From positions 62,001-126,000 of the forward strand of contig MU626300.1 in assembly GCA_025603075.1 (NCBI GenBank): a stretch of 64,000 nucleotides of DNA. Reading direction: 5' to 3'. Position 1 is the first letter of the stretch; every line of letters begins with the position of its first letter. Made by a program: the position numbers and the translations under genes. The stretch is from Neoconidiobolus thromboides FSU 785 (Eukaryota > Fungi > Entomophthoromycota). Below the pieces are notes generated by a model. That model worked only from the letters and a program-made list of their open reading frames with translations, did no database searches and was not told the origin of the DNA. This document shows, piece by piece, positions 1 to 11,785 of this stretch.

Positions 1-1795
1 GACAAAGCATACCCCATTGTGAAGGCTTTTGATGTTTTTAGTCTATTTATACTTTAAGATTTAAAAGATTATTTACCTGTAGAGAACGTGGCCCAGAAAC
101 TTTCCTTGTCTTTTCAAATTGGGAAGCAATACGTGTCATCATACCAAGGGCAGATATATAAGATAATCGAGATAATACATGAGTAATACCAGCACGTTCC
201 ATCTTAAAACGTTTTAAAATCCAATTACCGGTAGAAATAGAACGATTGAAACCAGCAGAAATATGGTCTTGTAATAAACGTAACTGAGTGATAGCATCGA
301 ACTCCACAGCTCGTTGCTGTTTTTTGAGAACTTTGTCGATTGATGATTTTAACATTCCATTAAACTGTTTAAATAGATCTTCGAATAAAAGAGACATAAG
401 TTGGCCAGCACTATAAATTAAATATAATTAGTATTTTTTGTCGAATTCCGTAAAATAATAATTACAGTTCTAGTCGCTTGTTACCAACGTAATCTCTATC
501 ATCCAATGTTTTTTCGTTATTTAAAGCTGAGATCACCCTTCTAGCCATAATAGTAATGTATATTGCTTTTGGGCGAAAATTTAAATCTTCAACTGTAATA
601 TGAGCTAAAACAGTATTAGCTAAGCAATCAAGAGCTTCATCAGCCTAATCAATAGATGTTGTTTGTACTTATATTCTATTCTACTTAATATGAATATTTA
701 CCTGAGTCCTTTTTATTCCCATTGCTGCAGGTCTTCTTGCTACTTTAGTTTTAGTGCCAACATAATCTAAGGCTTGTTGTTGACTAAATATCTTTAGTTG
801 CCCACATTCTTCAATGGAAGGTGCAAATATATCCATATAGGCTACATCACCTCCAGTTACTAATAGCGCAATTTCTTTATCAGTCACTATTCCCATTGCT
901 TTAAGAGCAATTACTAATGGTAAATCTTCTGTCAACGAATTATGTCTTAAATACAATTTTGCATTTTTCATAACAACGTAAGATTTGGATTTACGCTCCA
1001 TTGTTGAACTATCAAAAATTAATACACGAATTAATATATTCAATTAAAATACCTAGTAACTGAAGCAACAGTCAACCCTTTTGGATCAATCTCAACAATA
1101 ATTCTATTTTTTGATAATTGTTCTTGTACTAAGATTACTTTTTCGGTTCCATTGACAATAAAATAACCCCCAGGATCTAATGGACACTCTCTTTTATCTG
1201 CCAACTCTTGGTCATTGCAATTTGTTAATATACAATTCCTGGATCTTAACATCACTGGAATACGTCCTATAACTACTTTGTTACGCGTAACAAGGTTTTT
1301 ATTTCGTACATATTGCACATTTACATAAATGTTTGCTGCGTAAGTCAAATCTCTTAATCTGCACTCATGTGGTGTAAGTGGCGAGTTTGATGTATCACCA
1401 GCCAAACGTTCTGGCTTTCCAACGTAAATATCAGTATATCTAACTGTTAGTGTATGCTTAAGATTTAGAAATACATTAATTTACTTAAAATAGAAGTTTG
1501 GATCAACATCTGATGTGACTTGTTGATTAGCCAACATGATCTTTTTCAGATCTGTATCGATTAAATAATTATAAGAATCTATATGCTGCTTCACTAAGCC
1601 TTTCACTTTTAAGTATGCTGGTAAAAGTTTCCATTTATCCTATAAAACAATGGTAAATATACATGAGCTGTTTGATAATGAATTGAAATTTACTTCTAAC
1701 TTTTTTACCGGAGCATTTAAGTCTTCACCTTTAAAATGCTCTTCTAAACTTAATTCCGTTCCTTCTACCTCTTTTTTAACTTTTACTTCCGACAT
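1..1795 (-). CDS. RPC2: RNA polymerase III second-largest subunit, 5' part; gene runs off the left edge; multi-exon
   Basis: ATG at 1795. Exons 1795-1694 and 1639-1485 give MSEVK...[34 protein letters not shown], the RPC2/Ret1 N-terminus. Later exons give [55 protein letters not shown] and PSQWGMLC. All introns are GT-AG. Confidence 0.97.
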
Positions 1796-2290
1796 TTTTG
1801 TTTTAGCTATTGTTTTTCTCTATAAACTTGTAATAAATATTAAATTCTATAAAAGTTGATTTTTATAGAATAGCTTTAGAATATTTAAAATCAAGCAACT
1901 TTGAAAATAGACTTTTTGAGCTTTTCATAAAATATAAAAAATAAAAACAAGTATTTTAACATGCAAAATAAATATTAAATGTTTTTAAATTATTAGTATA
2001 AAATAAAACATAATTTATAATTGCTTGATAGTTATAATAACTTATAGTGATGATTTTAATAAATAGATTTTTGGTTTATAAACAATGTTATTTTACAATT
2101 TTATTAATTACATTTATTAAATGAATAGATAGAACATAAAGATAACAAAGAATAGTTATCATTACTAATATTAATATGAACATAAAATTATTTTTAAACA
2201 GAAATTTCTTTAACATACATTCTTTGGATGAATTAAATAAACCCAGCAACTACACTTTCAAAACAAAAACTCCTTATTTTCAAATTAATT

Positions 2291-3695
2291 TCATTTACGC
2301 TTACCAGAAAGTGAATGTAGGCAAAGGTTAACGATACCAAACAGTTCGATCAAACATGTTTGGGAAGCAGTACTCAAATCCACTTCAAATTTATCATCTA
2401 AACCTACTTAATATCTATTAAAGTACAAATGAATATATAATACCACTTAAAGCGCAAGGGATGCCATACAAGCGAGCCAATTTGACTATCATACCAAGTT
2501 GAGAATAGTTTAACAACTCCATTAAGCGTAACACATCATCTGCGTCCACCTAAATACCGTCAATTAAGTCTAGAAATTCTTGTAAAAACACTTACGTCAA
2601 CAACCGGGCTCCTTTCTCTTAATCCATAAAGTGGCCTAAAAGGATTTGGATCAGCCAAAATGCGTAGCTTTTCTGGATCTTTAATATCAAATATCGAATA
2701 ATCATTTGATGGATTGTGATTTGTTTTATCACCATTAAATAGCTTTAAATTATTTGCCTTTGTTCTTTCAGTTGAAGGAATTTCTCTTTCACTTTCTTCT
2801 TTATACAATCTAGCTTTTTTTAAGTCTTTCTGACTATTTCTACCATTATCGTAGTCTAGCTTGCTATCTTCAACTTTAGTCTGTGCTCTTCTTGGAATCT
2901 TTGATGGCATTTTTTGGCTATCTTTACTATTATCGCTATCCGGTCGATTTACTTCAGCTTTAGCTTGGGTTCTTCTTGAGATTTGTGGAGGAGCCGCATA
3001 TCTGTTTCTTGGAGGTAAAGATGCCTCTTTGATCTCTCTAGTTTCTCTAACTAATGATTTTTTTCCTTCTGATGTCCTTTTTGGTTGAGTTTCGATACCA
3101 TTTTTAGTTTCTGAAGGAGCTTTATGTGGAGCTTTTCCAACTCTTTTTCCACCTCGAACTGGCCTTGGGGGTGTATTTTCTTCTTTTTCATCAGCAGGGT
3201 TTAATAGCGATCGATCCCTTGCAGAAACGTTTTTGAAAGTCTATGATGAAATGTTGTTGGCCTATTTTATAAAATAATAATAAATAGCATACCACTATAT
3301 GATCCTCTATATATCTTTCCTTATTTACATTAAGATCATGGTCTATTTCATAAACCGTCCTCTTTTCATCGTTAAAATATAATTTGATTTTTAAATAAAA
3401 TGAACCCCATCCCTTCTCTTCTAATGCATATGGTGGGTCTCTACGAACTATTAATAGTTATTATCATATAATATAAATAATATTGTATAAGTATACTCTG
3501 TGGTTTTTTGCCAAAAGATTCATGTAGGATATATTCAACTTTATTAATAAAGTCATGATTTTTCATAGGCTCCCCGTCATCGTTTAAAGCAAGAATATGT
3601 ACCCTCCAAGCATATAATTTATTACCTTCAACAAATCGGTTGGAGTCTTTTACCACGGTTACTACTTTAAAGTCTTTTTCAATATTCCTTGACAT
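2291..3695 (-). CDS. Taf14/Sas5-like YEATS-domain protein with charged low-complexity middle and C-terminal ET-like domain (5 exons)
   Basis: Spliced translation gives a YEATS core (KVEYILHESF...PPYALEEKGWGSF...DHDLN), then TFKN from 3240. The C-terminal exons read VDADDVLRLMELLNYSQLGMIVKL...DDKFEVDLSTASQTCLIELF, with TGA at 2293-2291. Intron phases are consistent. Confidence 0.8.
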
Positions 3696-4213
3696 TATAA
3701 ATTTAGTTGCAATCAGGATTAAGCTCAGTTTATATTAAATTATTTTTATCAGTTAAATTACTTTTTATTAAAAAACAACTAGAAATTGAGACGCAATAAA
3801 ATTTATAGCAAATTGGGAAACCCGGATCTAAAATGCTAAAAATGGCACCTAATCGAAATAAATTCTAAGAATACTATTATTGAAATACGCAACAGTGTAA
3901 AGTAATTTAAGAAATTTAATTTAATGAAACTAGATACACTAATACAATGCTTACTTTGATACTGTTCTTTTTCGTTTATTTATAAGATTCAAAATTTAAT
4001 ATTACTATTCACATAATAGTGATATATTAATACTATATATAATGAAAAAAAATGCTATATAAATTCCAAAAGATAATTCTGCTTTTTATATTATCATATA
4101 TTCCTTTTATTTAATTTATAATGGTATATTACATTTTAAATCTTATTCAATTCATCTTGATATTATTAGTTAATTAATAAATATTATTTAACTTTTATTG
4201 AAGATACCAAACA

Positions 4214-5889
4214 TTAAATATTAATATTTTCAGGTAAAAGTAGATTAGTTTGCAAATTAGGTGAAAGTGTACCAAAGGGGAAAGTAGGTACAGTTAAGCT
4301 TGTCATAAGCTGTTCATTATTAAGAAAATATGACGTTAAATCGAGATTAAGTAGTGGGCCAGCCTTTGGTTTGTGATCTGAAACGTAACGCCAGATAAAT
4401 GTAGCGATTAAAGAAGATAATACTAACATAAAGATACAAAATAAAACTAATGGCCTGTATCCTGAGTAAGGGATTATATTGATTAAATGAGACCCCAAAG
4501 GAGATCCAAGTAAAAAGCCAAGGCCACGCGACGCTTTATAAAAGCCTAGTAAACTGGTCAAATTGTTAACACCTAAAATATGTTAGTAAATATTTAAAAT
4601 TAAAATAAACGATAAATACCAAATAATTCTTTTGCTACCATTGAAGAGCATGTTATTGAGCCACCAGACAAGATGCCATATGAAATAACAAAAGTAAAAA
4701 GTAAACTTAAAATAATTGTATCTAAATTATGGAAGTGAGGTTCATTAAATGGGTGTATACATGCTAATAACCAGAAAAAGCATGCCACAGAAGAAGCTAT
4801 TAAAGTAACCAGAAATAAAAAGGAATAGGTGTTGAAAGGTAATGGATGCTTGCCCAAATGATACAAATTCAATAGTTTATATTTTAGTCGTATATTTTTC
4901 TTATTGATATTGATATTGTTCATTTTATCGCCTATCAATCCTATACTTATTTTTCCTAAACCTGAGGAAAGATTCAAAACAGATATTAATATTGCTGCTG
5001 TACTCCATCCCATTTTCAACTCAGTACTTGTGAATATACCCAAAAAGTAAAATGGTATTAAATAAGCGAAGGAATGAAATAAACCAACCAAACTAAATAA
5101 CATATATTTTGACCAATTTTCATAAATATTATCAAAGACCTGTTTAAAATTAAACGTCCTAAAATCATAGCTATCTTTAGCTTGGTTTGATTTAGGTGGT
5201 ACAATTAGCAAACTACTAATTAATAGTCCAAAAAACAATATCAGTGCATTGATTCTTAGCGTATTTTGATATCCGGTTACATTCAATAAATATCCGTTTA
5301 AATATGATAGTGACATTCCACCTATTCCTGCTCCAGCAGAAGTTAATCCAGTAGCTAATCCACCATAGTGTTTGAAATGCAAAACTGGTAATGAAGTTGC
5401 AGGCATATTAGCTAAAGATATTCCAATCCCACATAACACACCTTGAGTTAAATATAAATGCCAAAGTTGGGTTGAGAAAGAAGCTAATAATAAACTAATT
5501 GCCATTATAAAAGAAGCTATAATCGCAATTAGTTTATGTCCAAATCTATCACATAAAATACCGGAAGGTAGTGAAAAAAAAGAATTTAATGCTGCACATA
5601 ATGTTCCTACCCAACTAAATAAGCTTAAATTTATCGATAAATGTTGATTTATGTTTGGATGTTCATTAGATAAATATTCTTGGTAAATCCCAAAAGAAGA
5701 TATTGGCCCGAATGATAATGCTTGTAAAAGAAAACAGCTTAATAAAACTCTGAGTCCAAACCACGAAATTAGTTTTGGCTCTTGTTCAATTTCATTAATA
5801 AGTGGGAAATCTTGATCGTTTTGATATAATTGACTCGTTTCATCATAGTCTGTTTCAGTTTCTTCATTCCTATTTATTTCTAGATTCAT
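4214..5889 (-). CDS. MFS transporter, monocarboxylate-porter (MCT/Mch) family, one intron near 4570-4615
   Basis: Multiple TM helices, SFGIYQEY, motif A-like GILCDRFGHK, STQLWHLYLTQGVLCGIG, ELFG|VNN splice junction. Confidence 0.88.
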
Positions 5890-6353
5890 TATATTATGTT
5901 ACTTAAAACTAGTTCAATTATATAAAAGCCTACATTTAATACTCCTTTTCTTTACCAACTAATTGTTAAATCATCTAAGAACTTAATAAATTGTTATTCC
6001 TTAAAAAGGCTATTTGTATTTAAATTTAATATTCGAAATTAATGATCGTTATTCAGCAAAAAAAAATCTATTTATTTAAATCCCTGGCTTAAGAATAACA
6101 TATTTGTAATAAAATAAATAAACAAACATGTTTTTCTAAAATACGTTATATTAGTACATAAACATCTCTATAATTGTGTCCTATTCATGTTGAAATAAAC
6201 AGTTCTTGTTCCCTAATATTTTTACAGTGCAGCAGAGTTACTGTTGAAACAAATTGAGTTGAGTCTTTTTTGTATAGTTGTATTTTTTTTTGAAAAGTGA
6301 AATTTATGGGGAATTGATCCACTTTGCAAAATACTTTATTGAGTTTTATATAT

Positions 6354-6451
6354 GGGAATGTTTTTTTTAATTTCATTACTTTTCCATTTTTCAAGCGCTA
6401 TCTGAGTGGAAAGATTGCTAGTAAAATCCTTAAACAAAAAAACACATCCCC
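6354..6451 (-). mobile_element. ~98-bp MITE-like element, copy A (strand is relative to consensus GGGGATGTATTTTTGTGTTTAAG...AAAACATCCCC)
   Basis: GGGAATG...CATCCCC termini; ATAT/ATAT flanking direct repeat. Confidence 0.85.
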
Positions 6452-6992
6452 ATATGTTAAAAACTATATATTTATATAACTGAAGTATAGAAGCTTTGTT
6501 CTATTTTATCTGAAATAAGCTGTTATTTAGAAACTTCTGTGTAGTTTTACTAGTTGCTATTATCGAAAGTAAATGAATAGATTAGTAAATTAAATATATT
6601 TGAATAACATTGGGACTTTTTTTTAGATGAGTGGCCGCTAATAATAAAAAGAGAAAATACAACTGTGAGAGTAGTGAAGTACAAGATAAAGTAAGAGCGA
6701 ACAAGCAAGTAACCACCATTTGGATGAAAATTTATTTAAGCATATTTTAGGGTTTCCAACTGCTTTACTTTATTTTATTTTTAATAAGCTTGTGAACAAA
6801 ATGGGACAAAATGTCAACTTTAACAAGTTCATAATACTAAATTGTTTAAAAATTGGTAGTCTTATGCTATTGCTAGTTTTATACTAGATTTTGTACTTAA
6901 AGCTATTACTACTTTGAGTTATCTTGGTAGTATTGTGATAATATTAGACTTGATACTGCATGAAATTAGAAAAGTGGGTCATAAGAGGATAT

Positions 6993-7089
6993 GGAGATGT
7001 TTTTTTTGGCTTCATCACTCTTTTCATCTTTAAGCGCTATTTGAACGGAAAATTATTAGTAAAATTCTTAAACACAAAAATACATCCAC
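6993..7089 (-). mobile_element. MITE copy B
   Basis: GGAGATG...CATCCAC; ATAT/ATAT flanks. Confidence 0.85.
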
Positions 7090-7093
7090 ATAT

Positions 7094-8250
7094 GGTTCAT
7101 AGTATATCGGAATTATCATTTGGTGATGACCTTGAAGAATATTTAGGAATGAAAGTAAACGACAGGCTGTTATATATCATCTTAGATAATCGACATGATA
7201 TAGTAAGTACTCGCTATTCGATATAATTTACACAAAGAAAAAGTTTACTCATGAAATACCATGAGCTGAAGATGATTATTCTCAACTGCCTGAATTAAGT
7301 TATAACTTTAAATACTTGAATTCAATTCATGATAAATTCCAAACAGTCACTTTATATAATTTAGTTTTATTTATTGTCGGAGATCACACAAAGGTAATGA
7401 ATAGCTTTATTAATAGTATAATTGAAGGGGCTTCTGTCATTGAAATAAATAATATCGAATTGATAGATTGGATTGAAGTTCAGATGGATCTTTATTTACC
7501 AATTTTAATTTTGGAGCAACTTAAACATAGTTTTGTTAAAAAATGATTTGGAGTTTCCTAATGAAGTTTGTAACAAACCAAACCAAATCAAAGAGAGTAT
7601 CATTTGCAAGATATATCGTAATAACCTCAGTTTTTCCATAAGCGAAAATAATGCTATTTTAGAGGAACTGGGAATCAACCAACATACATAAATCAAAATG
7701 GTATTAAACGAGTTTGATTACAATTTTAAAGCATTTAAAAAGGATGTCTCTTAATTTCGAAATTGAATCGTTAAGACATAATATTAATTTAAGTAGTAAT
7801 GAAAATGAAATTGTTATATGGGATTTATGCAGGTATTTTTTGTATTTTATTTTAGAAGTAAGAAAAATTAGGAGATAAGTGGACTTGTTGAATACACTCC
7901 ATGTTGAGTCACATTTGGTTACTAAAGTAATTGTTAGGTTGGTACATCAATGCGCACTTTTTAAAACAGATAAAAACAATTTTGAGTTATTTAATAACTT
8001 AAGCAACCATAATCAGAATTTTCATATCAGTGGAGTTAAACACATTGCTGTATAACAAGCTTGCTATATTTCTTGATCAAAATCGGGTCTACAATTTTAG
8101 GAGAATCAATACTAAGTAAGCCTGATGACTTTAAAATCAACAACCCAACTACCCTATTTTTAGAAAAAAATTCGAAACTTTTGGTATTAATAAATGAATC
8201 TGATGACTCTGATTCTTTCTCACAGGTTATCTTTATGAATACTCAGATTT
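7094..8250 (+). pseudogene. Disrupted spliced gene of unknown family
   Basis: Protein-like frame HSISELSFGDDLEEYLG...RHDI, then a GTAAGT..AAG intron. About 100 codons follow with one in-frame TGA, then a frameshift in an A-run near 7540, further stops and exon-like blocks to about 8250. Ends are approximate. Confidence 0.4.
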
Positions 8251-8608
8251 GAGTGATAAGTCAAATGAGTAATTAAGAGTGCTTACCCAGGTTTAAATTT
8301 AAAGAAATGGATAAAATAACTAATCATTATGATTCGAAGACGTTGTACAAAGGTTCAGATATTTTTATTATACCTTAAAATCCTTCTGGAAATCAACATC
8401 TTAAAACACAACTATAATACTATTTAAATAACCAAATTAGGAATGAAAAAGTTGAAAAAAGTAGGGATGACAATGAACTTATTTATCATTTAACTAAAAA
8501 ATAGAAGTATACTACTTTATATCTTTTATGGCTTAGAATTCTTTATTTAGAAGGGGGTATATATTTTATTAAAGCTGTCACATAAAGGTAGGGTTTAAAT
8601 ACAATTAT

Positions 8609-9483
8609 TTACACTAAATAATCGGCAGAAAAGTAGCCAATGATATCATTACATACATCCTCTTCTAATGGACAATCTAATAACTGAGGTTTAGTAGCAG
8701 TAGCTAAATTATATACATTAGAAATGCTTTCTCCAAGAACTAAAGACTCTAAAGTACAAACGTTAAAAGGGAATAATATATTAATACCAAAGTACCATGA
8801 TCATTTGTACAATTACTTTCATTTAGTACTAAATCAAAAGAGGATTTTATGATTTTTTTAATTTCTGATTTTGATAAATAATCAAACTAATGATTTTAAT
8901 AAATTAATGAATTTAATATATTGAAATACCAATTCACCATTTTGAAAAGAACTTGAGTTCACTATAATACTTTGTATTATCTCTTTTACATCATTTATAT
9001 CATTTAGTAGCATTAATTTATGCCCAAATTGACAATTAAATAACCTTAATATTTAGCTTAATTCAACAATAATTATATACTTTAGCTCAAACTCAGTTAT
9101 ACTTTCTAGACTAAGTTCATTGTTCAATAAAACAAATACAACTTTATCGAAGTTCGTTGCGTAGTTTAACCTGATCCCTAAAATTAGTATAATTTCATCA
9201 AATTAGATTTACATTTCATCAATTTTATTGTCTCTTTTCAAAATATAAAGTGCGGTATTATGATTGTCAAGGTAAATATCCTAAAATTATTTCAGTTTAA
9301 ATTTTAAATATAGTAATAGTACTAAACTGGTTTAATCTCACTTTCAGTGGCTACAAAATAGTTAGAGTAGTTTTTAGAATATGTGATTATTTTATTACTA
9401 TACTTCACATTCATTATAGTATCCTTTTGAAGCTCATTGAGCCATTTCTGTTTGGCTGCCCATCCTTTGACTCTAATATTCAT
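8609..9483 (-). CDS. 203-aa XPF/ERCC4-family non-catalytic subunit-like protein (SPO16/PTD/FAAP24-like), 7 exons
   Basis: Exons 9483-9399, 9350-9328, 9280-9213, 9170-9081, 9044-8930, 8886-8796 and 8748-8609 join in phase through six GT-AG introns (612 nt). The family call rests on recalled motifs: KW..L...PDIYLDNHNTALY (FAAP24-like) and NDHESLVLGESISNVYNLATATKPQLL...IIGYF (PTD/SPO16 HhH2-like). Confidence 0.7.
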
Positions 9484-9616
9484 AATTTCAATATAAAACA
9501 GTTATTACCTGTTTTAAATTATAATGTCTAAATATAAATACAATAAATGCAAAATTTTTAGCATTAAAAGTGATGAAAGGGTATTAAAAATAAAAAAGAA
9601 TTATATCAGTTTAATA

Positions 9617-10827
9617 TTATTGTATACTTATAGATGTAAGGTTCGAATTTAACTCATGTTCATCTTCATTATCCTAAAACGATAATATTAATAAAAATGA
9701 AGAATGCTAATTAATTTATGTTACCATAGTTGGAGTATTAATAAAAGTAAAAAATAAATATCTTTCCCATAAAGCTAATTTTGCTTTAGATTCTGGAAAT
9801 TTATTATACTTTGAAGAGATTAATTGCCAAGTAGCTAAGCCTTGTCTTGCTACAATCTATATTAAAAATAGAACATGCATTAAATAGATAGTCTTACTTA
9901 AGAATAAATGAAACAACAATAAATACAAGAGTGCTAATAGTCCACCAGTAGCTATAATTGTCAATATAAAAATAAAACCAGAAGTAATATGAATTATAGA
10001 GTCTGGTGCTCCATTATTTATATTATATGATTTAATTACTAAAAATTTACTATAGCTTAAATATTTAAACTAATATATCCAGCTTACTTTGGTTAGAAAG
10101 ACCTTCATAATCAGCTATCATATAAGATGTTAAATACCACCCTAAACTTGATGCTACCATAAGGAATAAGCAGCTCGATGCAATTAAATAGATGAAATAT
10201 CTATTTTGTAAAATTGGCTTTTATTTAGCTTTAGAGAATAAATGAATACCTATAATTTGTTTTTCCAATGCAGTTATTTAGCCAGATACAATGATGATCC
10301 ATTCCTTCAATACATTTATTACAGCTGTGGCAATGGTAAGAACATTCTTTACTATGAAAATATTACATTAAATAAACAAGGGTTATTATAATGTTATTAC
10401 AAGTATCCTTCACAATAGGAGCAAAATGAATTGTTTGAATTATTATCAGATATACTTAATATGGCCTTGATATCTAAAGGTTCGTCATTATCCGAACTAA
10501 ACAAATCACCGGTAGCAACGGGATTTGAAAAGGAACATAACAAACTTAATACGATAATTCCTATACTTAAAGAAACCATAAGGTAATATAAAGTTAACGA
10601 TGATAATTATTGCAAATATTCAACGCTTTATACAATTTGACATAAATTGAATCTTATGATCTTAATAAAAAGGATATAATTTGTAGTATAGTATTCGCAT
10701 TAACAACTAATGGTTTGATTAAGAAGAAGTAGTAATAAATCATTAATAGTTTAATGGCCCAATTGCTAATAAACAAAGGGTGATATGGTGGTAGTAGGCC
10801 ATTACTTCTTCTCTTTCGGTCATTCAT
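9617..10827 (-). CDS. DHHC palmitoyltransferase (ZDHHC1/11-like N-terminus), 289 aa, 7 exons
   Basis: Exons 10827-10678, 10582-10401, 10351-10250, 10200-10088, 10038-9898, 9849-9725 and 9673-9617 total 870 nt. The product contains FCSYC...[31 protein letters not shown], an N-terminal RRSNG..PPYHPL and 4 TM segments. Confidence 0.93.
10583..10677 (-). other. U12-type (minor spliceosome) AT-AC intron, 95 nt, intron 1 of the DHHC gene
   Basis: 5' end ATATCCTTT; branch-like TCGTTAAC at 10600-10593; 3' end TAC. Phase 0 at both ends restores the frame, and I found no plausible GT-AG alternative. Confidence 0.88.
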
Positions 10828-11785
10828 ATTGAAAATAATTAAATTTATTTTTTAATTTACTAAAAAATATGGAGAATTAAACTGCATAAATCACAGCTCA
10901 ATTTCTAAATAAGGTTATAACATTTTAAGGATGTTTCATTATAGCAGAATATAAAAAATAATTATTAATACAATTTATGGTAGTAATTAAAATTATAGAT
11001 AAAAGTAAAGAATCTTATGAAAGTGGTCCCGAGTTAATTATGACATTATAGAAATGATTATACTCAAAAGCAGTATATCAACTTCAGAAAAGCAACTTCA
11101 CATTAGGATAAATCAATATTAGGAGCAACCATAAGCTTACAAATTGTTCTGAGTTTAAAAGTTTGTTTGTTTTAGCTATTTTTCATATCCAAATAACTAC
11201 TATTATATTACTATGTAAAGCTAACATTTTAGGGTAGCAATTATCTTTTATGATCTCAATACAGATTGTAATTAAAATCAACTATCTAAAGCTACATTAA
11301 ATTTTCTTAATGGTATATTAAATAAAAAAGTCATATAAAAAGCATCTATCAAAAATTTTAATATTAGATATTGTATATTTTGTACTAGTCTATTTAATCA
11401 GTGTTTAGATTTACTTCTGGAATTATATTTTACTAGGGTTACGTAGATCGTCGGTGATTTAAAAGTTATTATTTAAATCAAAAAGGTACAATAAATTAGT
11501 TGATTTATTATAGTAACTTTAAGCATATGGTTCTAACATGTAACTATTAATTAATTGATATTATTATCATTAATAAAAAACATTATATTATTACATTGTT
11601 ATACTATATTAATGTTATCTTTTTGATATTTTTTTAATGTTTACATTATTAGTTAATTTAATTAACAATTTTCTAAATTAATTAGTTTACATTAATTAAT
11701 GCATTTGTGTATGATTGGAGAAAAATTACCTGTAAATGATCAGAATTAAGTTCCATTTTTACACTTCACTTTTACATTTTTAGCA

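Noticed and set aside
3449-3496. GTATACTT donor in the YEATS gene as a second U12 intron
   Set aside because: It mismatches the highly conserved C at +5, has no convincing U12 branch site, and is an ordinary GT-AG intron.
7425-7514. AAGGGGCTTCTGTC resembling the human U11 snRNA 5' end, with AATTTTGG about 80 nt downstream
   Set aside because: The U11 stem-loops and the closing GAAGC helix cannot be formed at the right spacing, and the segment reads as protein-like sequence in the pseudogene frame. Treated as chance; an Rfam U11 search would settle it.
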